This document shows, one piece after another, positions 9,386 to 18,662 of a stretch of DNA of 52,657 nucleotides. The stretch lies in assembly GCA_013203345.1 (NCBI GenBank), contig JABMQF010000032.1, positions 1-52,657 of the forward strand, written 5' to 3'. The position numbers and the translations under genes were made by a program. Within the stretch, counting starts at the first letter, position 1. Each line of letters starts with the position of its first letter. The DNA comes from Candidatus Woesearchaeota archaeon. GTDB lineage: Archaea; Nanobdellota; Nanobdellia; Woesearchaeales; UBA11576. The notes beneath the pieces were generated by a model that was not told where the DNA came from, did no database searches, and saw nothing but the letters and a program-made list of their open reading frames with translations.

Positions 9386-9728
9386 CATATTACTATGTGC
9401 TTCACACACACTCGAAAATTACTAAATTAGCCGTTTAAATCCTCTAATATATTTTCATACTCTTTCATACTAATCTCCCCATAAGCCATCCTTTTCTTTG
9501 CTATGTCCATCAGGTCTACAGCCCAAGACTGTTAGTCATTGCGCGTACTCTGTATGAACATTGATGTAAATCCTCAAATTAGCGTCACGGTTTTTGGGCC
9601 TAAAATGATCAGTCAAGCCTTTATATCATTAAACTTTACAAAATTAGGAAAAAACTCAGATACTGAAAGATTTTTGGATTTTGCACGATAATATTTATAA
9701 AGAAAACAATACTAAACCTTGTAATTAG

Positions 9729-10430
9729 GTGATTCATATAAACGCTCAACCATACTCACATAGCAAAGTATCTGACTTTATGTCAGTTTTCAATGACGTT
9801 CTCGATAGTTTATTTGTCAAAAAAGACCATACAATAAATGCTAAACTAGTAATCAGCCATCTCCAACAAAGGCAACTCGATACTAAGAAAATTCAGAGTT
9901 TTATGAGTAAATTACCAGAAGGTGAATGGAGTGTAAACGTCTTTGTAGACAATATTGAAGAACTTAATGAGATTTTTGGTCTGTCTGATCAGGAAATTGT
10001 CCAACAAGCTGTCACAGAGCTGGGTAAGGAAGACATTCCACAGGTTAGATGGAAGATTGTGATTGAGTCTCTGACAGAATACTCTAGATTCTCAACCGAG
10101 TTTTACGATGCGCTTAAGTATAATATCTCATCGGATTTAAGTGTTTCACAGCTAAAGCTTCTAAATGAATTCATGTTAACTTTCAAGATAATTAAAAAAA
10201 CTTCTGTTGAGTTGTATGATAAATTTCGAAACAGGAAATTATCCCAAAGAAATATACGTGAGCTAAACAAAGTGAGAGTTGTCCTTGAATTCTTCATTTT
10301 GAGATTGTTATATATATCCATTAATTTGAAGAATACTGATGATAAGAAATTCGAGCAGTATGCAAAATTGCTAGGTAAGGAAAGAATTGCACTAATGTAT
10401 CAAAAAGCTTATCTTCCAAAATTCAGTTAA
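9729..10430 (+). CDS. Hypothetical protein (possible partner of downstream PIN-like protein)
   Basis: 233-aa ORF, 2 nt from the next gene; start may be ATG 9780. Confidence 0.7.
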   Translation: MIHINAQPYSHSKVSDFMSVFNDVLDSLFVKKDHTINAKLVISHLQQRQLDTKKIQSFMSKLPEGEWSVNVFVDNIEELNEIFGLSDQEIVQQAVTELGKEDIPQVRWKIVIESLTEYSRFSTEFYDALKYNISSDLSVSQLKLLNEFMLTFKIIKKTSVELYDKFRNRKLSQRNIRELNKVRVVLEFFILRLLYISINLKNTDDKKFEQYAKLLGKERIALMYQKAYLPKFS

Positions 10431-10432
10431 AA

Positions 10433-11185
10433 ATGAAAATTTCTTCTGATGTTAATTGTATTTTTGCATACGCTGATCCGCAACATATATTCCATAGGCC
10501 AGTTATATCTTACATTGTGAAGAAACAAAGAGATACCTTTGTCCTATTATCGAAGTTGAAAAGTAATTTTATGTACACATATAAGGACTACTTGGCAACA
10601 TCTTGTATAATAATCGAAAAAGCTATCCGAGATGAAAGGACAATCCGTGATGCATCACCCTCAAAAACATACAAGCCCAGCATTCTTTCAATATCAGCAA
10701 ACATCAATTCAAAAATTGAGAAATACCTTCTAGAAGAATCGGAAAAGTGTCTGAATTTTAACATGTCTGGCACACGAAAATTCATAAACATAATACTGAC
10801 AGAGTTCTCCATTCCCAAGCTATATGAAGACAACGAAGTATTGGCTAAATTTCGTGAAAAATATGTTGTTGAAGCCGAAAAACAAGCCGAAGAAGTCGTA
10901 AATCGTTTCATAAAGAGATTCAACAATTTTGAATGTGTAAATATCGAAGATTACTCTATGTATGATAAATGGACGACCCGAATAAAAAAGAGTAAACATA
11001 ATGTATTCCAGAACAAACAAGATGTTGAAGATATAAGTATTGCATCAGAATTCTTAGCATTCAATTCCGAAAAAAGTAAACTGGCATTCTTCACTAGCGA
11101 TGTTAATTGTCATAAATCCATACTTAAAATAGCCAAAGAATACTCGCTTAAGACAGGACACTTACATCTAATTACGAAGTCGTGA
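10433..11185 (+). CDS. Divergent PIN-domain-like protein
   Basis: N-terminal SSDVNCIF and C-terminal DVEDISIA...FFTSD match PIN acidic motifs. Confidence 0.6.
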   Translation: MKISSDVNCIFAYADPQHIFHRPVISYIVKKQRDTFVLLSKLKSNFMYTYKDYLATSCIIIEKAIRDERTIRDASPSKTYKPSILSISANINSKIEKYLLEESEKCLNFNMSGTRKFINIILTEFSIPKLYEDNEVLAKFREKYVVEAEKQAEEVVNRFIKRFNNFECVNIEDYSMYDKWTTRIKKSKHNVFQNKQDVEDISIASEFLAFNSEKSKLAFFTSDVNCHKSILKIAKEYSLKTGHLHLITKS

Positions 11186-11199
11186 AGAGACAGTTGACG

Positions 11200-11814
11200 T
11201 CAAACCTCATTAAAAAACTTCACAGCAAATTCACAGAATCCTATTATGACTTCCTTATCAAGTTCAAACTCAGATCTATTTCCTAAGTAATTCTTAGATG
11301 TCAAAGTGACTTTCTTGCCATCCTTAAGCTCACCATATGTAATACACTTGATATGCTTCTTTGACACAACAACGAAATAACAGTTCTCATAAGGGTAATC
11401 TTTAGGTAAATCTTTAAAAGAAAATTCTTCATTTGCCCGAAACTTGACTTCAATAAAGAAAACATCTTTCCGGTGAGGATGCTGAACTACAAAATCAGGC
11501 ATTCTTCGTATGTTTGTAGCAACTTCACTTTTTATACCTTTTAACAAATCCATTATACCTGGAACAGTATTCTCCATACCATAACGAAATACATTATACC
11601 CTAAAGATAGAAACAACTCTTCAATCAAAGTTTCAGCTATCCTTCCCTTAATCATACCTTCCTTATACCTGCTTTCTTTCTTGGTCAAACCCTGGTTGTT
11701 GCTGGATTTTTGATGTTTTCTGCACAATGACTTACCGAGCTTTTTCATTGAGAATTCATACTCCTTGGAAGTTATCTCCTGCTTACAGATAGAACAATGG
11801 TATTTCATCAACAA
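11200..11814 (-). CDS. PD-(D/E)xK nuclease-family protein with N-terminal Zn-finger-like region
   Basis: GRIAE...MPDFVV...FIEVKFR; CSIC...CRKH. Confidence 0.8.
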   Translation of the reverse strand: MLMKYHCSICKQEITSKEYEFSMKKLGKSLCRKHQKSSNNQGLTKKESRYKEGMIKGRIAETLIEELFLSLGYNVFRYGMENTVPGIMDLLKGIKSEVATNIRRMPDFVVQHPHRKDVFFIEVKFRANEEFSFKDLPKDYPYENCYFVVVSKKHIKCITYGELKDGKKVTLTSKNYLGNRSEFELDKEVIIGFCEFAVKFFNEV

Positions 11815-11983
11815 TCAAATAATAATAGATTATATAAAATATACCCACACATCATTCACCTCAATTTCTCAAAATACTCTTTTGTGAAGTATAGCTTTAC
11901 AAGCCAAAAAGTGTACTCGAATAAATCATATTTTACCACCCATAGGTAGTTTTATAAATATATCTTTTAAATTAATAGGGAAT

Positions 11984-14581
11984 ATGCTCAGATCTAGCGC
12001 TAAAAAAATAATCAAAATCATCGAAGAAATTAATACGCTGAAGTCTCGAAAAATATGGGGCTACATCACAATACCAATCATTGTTGGATTCTTCATTCTT
12101 CAAAGATTGAAGAAAAAAATAACTGATTTGGAAGAGTCCAAAGAGCAGGTCATGAAAGAATTAAAATCCTTTGTGAATAATACCACCAACAATACAAGAG
12201 ATACCCTCTCTGAAATCAAAACAAATGACACCTATCTCACATATAATATAAGAAATGAGTTAAACCAAAAACTATCACAAAATTTAAAAGAAATAATATA
12301 TCTGAAGGAGAAAGAAATATATTTTGGTGACTCGCTTAATACAGCACTGACAAAAGCACAGGATATCCTAACTCAGTCTATCAATCAAATCAACGTTTTT
12401 AACAAAGAGTTTGTTGAAAGAAGGAAGGAAGAATACAGTTACCTGTTTAAGAAAGGACCTTTTCCTCTTGATGATAATCAGAAAACAGCCATAGTTACGG
12501 ATGAAAAGCACAATATTGTAGTGGCTGGAGCAGGTTCTGGTAAGACAGAAGTTCTCACTACAAGAATTGCTTATCTGATAAATAGAAAACCCGACATAAT
12601 TAAATCGACGAGAATTCTTACCCTAGCATTCCAGAACAAAGCAGCAGAAGAGATAAAACATAGACTCAAGAAAAGATACGATGTTGATGTAGAAATCAGG
12701 ACATTTCATTCACTCGGTCTTAAGATTATTGGAGATATCTCCAAAATGAAAGGAGTCAAACCCCCAAAACTCAAAGAAGAATGCTCAAAGGATGGAAAAT
12801 ATATGATATTCATGCAGGATCTCTTCTATAAGGAGTTCCAAAATAACCCTGCACTAAAGAATGAGATCATTAACTTCATGAAATTGTATGGTGATACCGA
12901 AGTTATAAGAAAAGAGACTGACTTCAAGACAAAAGAGGAATTCTACGAGTATCAACGAAGCTTAAGATACACTACTCTCGACGGAACAAACGTGGAGAGC
13001 GAGTCTGAACGTGCTATACTAAACTTCTTTGTCTCGCACAACATAAATGGAAAAAAGATCAGGATTCTGTATGAAGAGCCCGCAAAATGGATGAAGTACA
13101 AAAACCAGGAAGGAAATGAGCAGATTCCTCAACCTGACTTCTATTTCCCAGATTTCGATATATATCTTGAGCATTGGGCAATCGGGAAAAGAGGCACAGT
13201 CCCTAACTGGTTTGCAGGGGATAATCCTACAAAAGAGTATACTGACAGTATGAATCTTAAGAAGTCGAAATACGCAGAACATAAAAAGGTCCTGATTGAG
13301 ACATCGCAAGCAGATGTAGAATCTGGAAAACTCAATGAAGAGCTCGAGAAACGATTCCTAAATGCGCTGAAAGAAAAATATCCTGATGAAAAGCACGAGC
13401 TAACAACAATAACATATAATGAGTTAGTCAACCGCGTGTGGGAGGAGTGTAAAGAATTTGTAAAGGTCATATCCAAAAACATATCAAAATATATCACAAT
13501 AGCAAAGACATACAGGTCCTACCCTGCTGATATTATCAAGCGACTTGAAAAAGAGCAATGGTCCCCTAAACAAAGAGCCTTCGCAAGAATCGCAATTATG
13601 ATATACACGAAATATGAGGAAGATTTGCGAAGAACAAACTCTATGGACTTTTCGGATATGATAAACATTGCTGTTGATTTCCTGAGAGAAAATCCGGAAG
13701 CATATGAGGACACATACGACCACATCCTTATTGATGAATATCAAGACATAAGCACACAAAGATACGACATGATAAAAACTCTCATGAATAAGAATCCCTC
13801 TTGCAAGCTATTCTGCGTAGGGGATGACTGGCAGAGCATAATGGGATTTTCAGGATCAAATCTTGACTATTTTGTGAACTTCTCTAAGTATTTCCCGCAT
13901 CCAGAAAGGACAGATCTAATTAGGAACTACCGCAGTTCAAAATCGATTGTTGATACTGGCAGCACAATCATTAATGGTAATATAGGTCAGATCAAGAAGC
14001 AGACATTAGCAATATCGGAAAACATACAGAAGATTAAAGTGTATTCGTTGCTGCATCAGAAGGATTACTTTATGCCTTATTACGATCAGACAACCAAACA
14101 TTGCCTGAAAACAATCAAGGAGTACCATACAAAGAAGAACTACAAATATAGTGACTTCATGATTCTTATGCGAATAGCTAAAAACACTAAGATCTGGAAT
14201 CTACTGAAAAAGAATTCTAATCAATTAGGAATACCTATAACAGAGTCACAAAAGACACCAAATGCGGTGCGGATCATGTCAGTTCACAAGAGCAAGGGTT
14301 TACAGGCTAAAGTCGTTATAATCATTAATCTAAATAGCGGGCCGTATGGTTTCCCATGCGAGCTGGAAACTCCCAATATTTATTACACTGCTATAAGTAA
14401 AGATGACGGACTAAGAAAACAAGAAGAAAGGCGTCTGTTCTATGTTGCAATCACAAGAGCCAAAAAAGAAGTTATTATATACACTCAAAAATGCTCAATG
14501 AGCAAATTCATCGATGAGATTAAAGATCACATAGAAATAGAAGAATTGCAGTACGGTGAGGCTAGAAAGACAGCAAATTAA
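11984..14581 (+). CDS. UvrD/helicase IV-like SF1 helicase with N-terminal TM segment and inserted nuclease-like domain
   Basis: AGAGSGKT, TFHS, IDEYQD, VGDDWQSI, NYRS, HKSKGL, EERRLFYVAITRA; insert ESESERAI...PDFYFPDFDIYLEHWA; hydrophobic IWGYITIPIIVGFFIL. Confidence 0.9.
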   Translation: MLRSSAKKIIKIIEEINTLKSRKIWGYITIPIIVGFFILQRLKKKITDLEESKEQVMKELKSFVNNTTNNTRDTLSEIKTNDTYLTYNIRNELNQKLSQNLKEIIYLKEKEIYFGDSLNTALTKAQDILTQSINQINVFNKEFVERRKEEYSYLFKKGPFPLDDNQKTAIVTDEKHNIVVAGAGSGKTEVLTTRIAYLINRKPDIIKSTRILTLAFQNKAAEEIKHRLKKRYDVDVEIRTFHSLGLKIIGDISKMKGVKPPKLKEECSKDGKYMIFMQDLFYKEFQNNPALKNEIINFMKLYGDTEVIRKETDFKTKEEFYEYQRSLRYTTLDGTNVESESERAILNFFVSHNINGKKIRILYEEPAKWMKYKNQEGNEQIPQPDFYFPDFDIYLEHWAIGKRGTVPNWFAGDNPTKEYTDSMNLKKSKYAEHKKVLIETSQADVESGKLNEELEKRFLNALKEKYPDEKHELTTITYNELVNRVWEECKEFVKVISKNISKYITIAKTYRSYPADIIKRLEKEQWSPKQRAFARIAIMIYTKYEEDLRRTNSMDFSDMINIAVDFLRENPEAYEDTYDHILIDEYQDISTQRYDMIKTLMNKNPSCKLFCVGDDWQSIMGFSGSNLDYFVNFSKYFPHPERTDLIRNYRSSKSIVDTGSTIINGNIGQIKKQTLAISENIQKIKVYSLLHQKDYFMPYYDQTTKHCLKTIKEYHTKKNYKYSDFMILMRIAKNTKIWNLLKKNSNQLGIPITESQKTPNAVRIMSVHKSKGLQAKVVIIINLNSGPYGFPCELETPNIYYTAISKDDGLRKQEERRLFYVAITRAKKEVIIYTQKCSMSKFIDEIKDHIEIEELQYGEARKTAN

Positions 14582-14846
14582 TGCTTGGACGTAGCCTGGA
14601 GATGCTCCCTTACTCGGAAAAAAATTAATGTTTTTAATAGAAAACACTGTTAAATAAAAAATATAAATACAATTTAAACGAAATATAACACATAATAATT
14701 TGACTACAGATATTTTTTACTGAAAAAGAAAAATTGTTTAAAATGGTGAATGAATCAAAAAAAATAAAAAGATATCCGGATTATTGTACGAGAACACCAA
14801 AAAAGATAAACATATACTAATAAAACTATAAAATACCCGAACGAAA

Positions 14847-16295
14847 ATGCCACTACTAACCAAATCCAAATACCTAAACGGCCTTCAATGCCCTAAGCTA
14901 CTCTGGACTGTCATCAATGATAAAGGATCCATGCCCCCAGTAGATGCTGCCACTCAGCATTTATTCGATCAGGGCCACACAGTAGGAGATCAAGCCAAGG
15001 CGTGGTTTCCAGAAGGTATTCAAGTACCAATAGACTTCAAAGAAAACATTGTACAGACCAGACAATTAGTCCTCAAACGTAAACCTTTGTTTGAACCTGG
15101 ATTCTTAATCAACAACCTATACGCAAGAGCAGATATCATAACTCCTGTAGAAGATGATAAATGGGATATCATAGAAGTAAAGAGTTCTACTCAAGTAAAA
15201 GACATCAACATACAAGATGTTGCTTTTCAGAAACATGTTTATGAAAAGTTTGGATTAAAGATTAGAAATTGTTATCTTATGTTCATAAACAATGAATATG
15301 TAAGACAAGGAGATATTGATTCAAAGCAGCTTCTGAAAATGCAGGAAATTACAGACGAAGTCAATGCCATTGCAAACATCCAGGAAAATATTGATAAGAT
15401 GTTTGAGATAATTTCAAAAAATCGTCCTACTGTCAAAATAGGCCCGCAATGCAGTGCTCCATATGCTTGCGCTTTAAATGATAAATGCTGGGCCTTCCTC
15501 CCAGAGCATAATGTCTTCAATCTGTATTATGCAGGAAAGAAAGCATTTGAACTCTTCCAATCAGGCATTACAGACATCAAAGACATACCGAATGATTATA
15601 ATCTTAATCCAAAACAGCTAATCCAGAAGAACGCAGTCACAACAGGACAAACCCATATAGACAAAGAAGCAATAAAGTCCTTCGTGCAAGGCCTGGAATA
15701 TCCAATTTATTATCTGGACTTTGAAACAATAAATCCAGCAGTTCCTTTGTTTGATAACACAAGACCATACCAACAAATACCCTTCCAGTTCTCCCTACAC
15801 ATAGAGCAAGAAGACAACTCTATAGAACACCATGAGTTCCTCCACAACAACAACACAGACCCAAGACCAGCATTCATAACAGCCCTAAAAAACGTTTTAG
15901 GAAACTCAGGCACAATCATCGCATTCAACCAATCCTTTGAGATAAGCAGACTAAGAGAACTCTCAGAAACCTTCCCAGAATACAAGGAGTGGTACAACCA
16001 CCTGTTACCCAGATTCATAGACCTCATAGTACCATTCAGGAACTTCGATTACCACAACCCAAAACAAAAAGGCAGCAACTCACTAAAAGCAGTATTACCC
16101 GCAGTGACAGAAAAAGGATACGACAACCTGGAAATCAACAACGGCGGAGATGCCAGTTTGGCTTATCTTGATATGATATGCGGAGATATGACACCAGAAA
16201 AGAAAGAGAAGACACGAAAGAATCTGTTGAAGTACTGCTGTCTAGATACCGAAGGGATGGTTTGGATAGTAGGGGAGTTGAGGAAACTAGTATGA
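14847..16295 (+). CDS. DUF2779 domain protein (N-terminal PD-(D/E)xK/Cas4-like, C-terminal RNase H-like)
   Basis: LTKSKY..GLQCPK, ARADI, IEVKSS, DVAFQ, YLDFET, QQIPFQFSLH, SLKAVLP, LKYCCLDT. Confidence 0.85.
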   Translation: MPLLTKSKYLNGLQCPKLLWTVINDKGSMPPVDAATQHLFDQGHTVGDQAKAWFPEGIQVPIDFKENIVQTRQLVLKRKPLFEPGFLINNLYARADIITPVEDDKWDIIEVKSSTQVKDINIQDVAFQKHVYEKFGLKIRNCYLMFINNEYVRQGDIDSKQLLKMQEITDEVNAIANIQENIDKMFEIISKNRPTVKIGPQCSAPYACALNDKCWAFLPEHNVFNLYYAGKKAFELFQSGITDIKDIPNDYNLNPKQLIQKNAVTTGQTHIDKEAIKSFVQGLEYPIYYLDFETINPAVPLFDNTRPYQQIPFQFSLHIEQEDNSIEHHEFLHNNNTDPRPAFITALKNVLGNSGTIIAFNQSFEISRLRELSETFPEYKEWYNHLLPRFIDLIVPFRNFDYHNPKQKGSNSLKAVLPAVTEKGYDNLEINNGGDASLAYLDMICGDMTPEKKEKTRKNLLKYCCLDTEGMVWIVGELRKLV

Positions 16296-16390
16296 TAATA
16301 TAAACAAATAATCATGCTCAATGCTTATTCATATGTTAAATCAGTAATTCCAATAACACCCCTTCATAATTGAATGCTGATCGCTTCAAT

Positions 16391-16921
16391 TTAATTATTC
16401 GGTTCTCGCACAGATACAGAATTAAGACCAACCTCATCAGCAACTTCTTTAACTCTTTTCTTTTTTGTCCTCTTCACAAACTCACCATCCATCGTCAATA
16501 GGACATTACAATCTTCCCTCATTGCAGTGGCCAGATGAACACAATCAGTTAAATCAAGACCTCCGAACTTTGACAGGACAACTTCAAGAATTTTCTCAAC
16601 ACCATCATTACCCACAACCTTCAACAAACCCGCGCTTTGGCAATTAAAAAGATGAGTTACAAACAGGTTAAGGTCATTTCTAGCTTGGTCTTCATCCAAT
16701 TTTCCTGACTTAATTCTCTTATCTAACTTGAAACAAACATTTCCAACCGCTTCACCAATGCTTAAATGACTCGTAACAGGTTGAATCTTACCATTCTTGG
16801 CATTAAGCAACTTACGATAAATATCTTCATTAACATCTAAGGTACAAGCGTCATAATAGTGCCTTTGCCCTTTTTTCACATTAACAACTACAGCACTTCT
16901 TGACTTTGACATAGAATTCAC
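16391..16921 (-). CDS. PIN-domain protein (VapC-like toxin)
   Basis: YYDACTL, SIGEA, DCVHLATA, LLTMDGEF. Confidence 0.75.
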   Translation of the reverse strand: MNSMSKSRSAVVVNVKKGQRHYYDACTLDVNEDIYRKLLNAKNGKIQPVTSHLSIGEAVGNVCFKLDKRIKSGKLDEDQARNDLNLFVTHLFNCQSAGLLKVVGNDGVEKILEVVLSKFGGLDLTDCVHLATAMREDCNVLLTMDGEFVKRTKKKRVKEVADEVGLNSVSVREPNN

Positions 16922-17115
16922 TTCCTAAAAATATTTCTTCTTACACATTCCTTCAATGAAGCTTCTACTCGTAGAATAGCATCCACTTTTCTCACAGGAG
17001 ACGATGTTACCTTAAACACCTGCTCTCCTCGCATATCAATTTTTCTGAACATATATATATCTGGAATGACTATTCTCGCTTCCTTAGCTTGAACTTTAAC
17101 TAATTTGGCAGGCAT
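16918..17115 (-). CDS. Small basic hypothetical protein
   Basis: 65 aa, overlaps both neighbours, so probably the middle gene of a 3-gene operon. Confidence 0.55.
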   Translation of the reverse strand: MPAKLVKVQAKEARIVIPDIYMFRKIDMRGEQVFKVTSSPVRKVDAILRVEASLKECVRRNIFRK

Positions 17116-17603
17116 TTTTGAAGGACCCCCTCTTCTCTTAATACCATTTCAACCTCGTCATCGGTTGGGTCTTTTAACTTACACAACCGAACTTTAGCAG
17201 CACTTTCAGATAAACGAGCCTCAGTTAGTAACCAATGATATGTAGCAATCAATTCAAGATCCTCAAAAGTTTTATTTCCCAAAAATACTTGGAGACTCCT
17301 AAAAGCTTCTTCCTTATCCTGGCTTGCAAATTTATCAGGTTTAATCTCTATATTAAACTCGTCAACTCTAAAAAGATCATTTGCTAAATCAGGTGAATAA
17401 GGGCCTCTCCAGTACAAATTATAACAATAATGAGGCGAAACACCAAATAACTGAGCAAAATATTGCTTCTTTTGTGTTTCGATTCTATTTTTTAAAGTAT
17501 CAAGTTTTCCTGCTCCCAAACGCTTTAGCACACCGCAAGCTAATAAAGCAACATCATACGGTTTTTTTAATTTTGATATATCAACACCACTCATCACATA
17601 CAC
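17100..17603 (-). CDS. Panacea/DUF4065 (YwgA-like) antitoxin-like protein
   Basis: QKKQYF, YNLYWRGPYSPDL, LELIATYHW motifs. Confidence 0.65.
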   Translation of the reverse strand: MYVMSGVDISKLKKPYDVALLACGVLKRLGAGKLDTLKNRIETQKKQYFAQLFGVSPHYCYNLYWRGPYSPDLANDLFRVDEFNIEIKPDKFASQDKEEAFRSLQVFLGNKTFEDLELIATYHWLLTEARLSESAAKVRLCKLKDPTDDEVEMVLREEGVLQKCLPN

Positions 17604-17817
17604 CCATATCTCTAAATATATATAAGATCGTTGAGTTTAAAACATTTTCGTTTATAAATCAACATAAATTCCGATAAACAAAAAAATCACTCCTTTCTAA
17701 TATATTTTATCCGGAAAAGTCCAGTGTCCAGTGGTACAAACAACAAATCTGAGTTTTTGTAAATCCTCCGATTTTCCCTCAACAACACTTATTAAACCAT
17801 TTTACTTAATTATACAC

Positions 17818-18486
17818 ATGCGTATCAGAGAAATCTCACCAGAAAATAGACCAAGAGAAAGACTAGCCAAACTTGGGTCATCTGCACTCTCAGATGCTGA
17901 ACTTTTAGCAATCATTCTAAAAACAGGCAATAAAGAAGAAAACGCTATAGACATTTCAAACAGATTGATCTCCAAGTATGGATTAGATAAACTATCTACT
18001 TGTTCCTTAATTGAGTTACAATCAATCAAAGGAATAGGTAAAGCTAAATCTTCCCAAATTCTAGCATCATTTGAACTTAGTAAAAGATCAAAGATTTCTC
18101 AAAATAAAGAAATAAATTGTTCAAAAGATGTTTTCGCCATATATCACTCAAGACTATCTGAGTTAGATAGAGAGATCTTTATGGTTCTCCACCTAGACAC
18201 CAGAAATCAATTAATCAATGATGAAATCATCTCTATTGGCACCTTAAATGAAGCTATAATTCATCCCAGAGAGGTCTTCAAATCAGCCATTAAACAAAGC
18301 GCTAATTCAGTAATACTTGTTCATAATCATCCATCTGGTGATCCTTCTCCTTCTCCTGAAGATGAAGAAATAACAAGAATAATACGAGAAGCAGGAGATT
18401 TACTTAAAATCAAAGTTCTAGACCATATAATCATCGGCAAGAACAAATTCTACAGTTTCACCGAAGATAAAGGGTTAAATCCGTAA
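17818..18486 (+). CDS. radC: RadC/JAB-domain protein
   Basis: RPRERL...LSDAELLAIIL, GIGKAK, HPREVF, HNHPSGDPSPSPED, VLDHIIIG. Confidence 0.95.
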   Translation: MRIREISPENRPRERLAKLGSSALSDAELLAIILKTGNKEENAIDISNRLISKYGLDKLSTCSLIELQSIKGIGKAKSSQILASFELSKRSKISQNKEINCSKDVFAIYHSRLSELDREIFMVLHLDTRNQLINDEIISIGTLNEAIIHPREVFKSAIKQSANSVILVHNHPSGDPSPSPEDEEITRIIREAGDLLKIKVLDHIIIGKNKFYSFTEDKGLNP

Positions 18487-18518
18487 TATATATAAGCATG
18501 TGTAAGTATGTGCAATTC

Positions 18519-18662
18519 ATGAACACTAAAAATATTACACTAAAAGTCAATGCTGATCTTTATGATCGATATCGCGAATTCTGCAAAAAGAAAGGTTGGA
18601 TTGCCTCCCGACAATTCGAAATCATGATGGAAGAACAAATGGGAGAGAATGAAGATGACTGA
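18519..18662 (+). CDS. Unannotated 47-aa RHH protein MNTKNITLKVNADLYDRYREFCKKKGWIASRQFEIMMEEQMGENEDD
   Basis: Hand translation; beta-strand KNITLKV plus helix pattern; TATA (TATATATAA ~18487) upstream; stop overlaps hsdR start (ATGACTGA). Confidence 0.75.
   Translation: MNTKNITLKVNADLYDRYREFCKKKGWIASRQFEIMMEEQMGENEDD

Noticed and set aside
14847-16295. Cas4 of a CRISPR system
   Set aside because: The full DUF2779 architecture explains the motifs; no array or other cas genes in the window.
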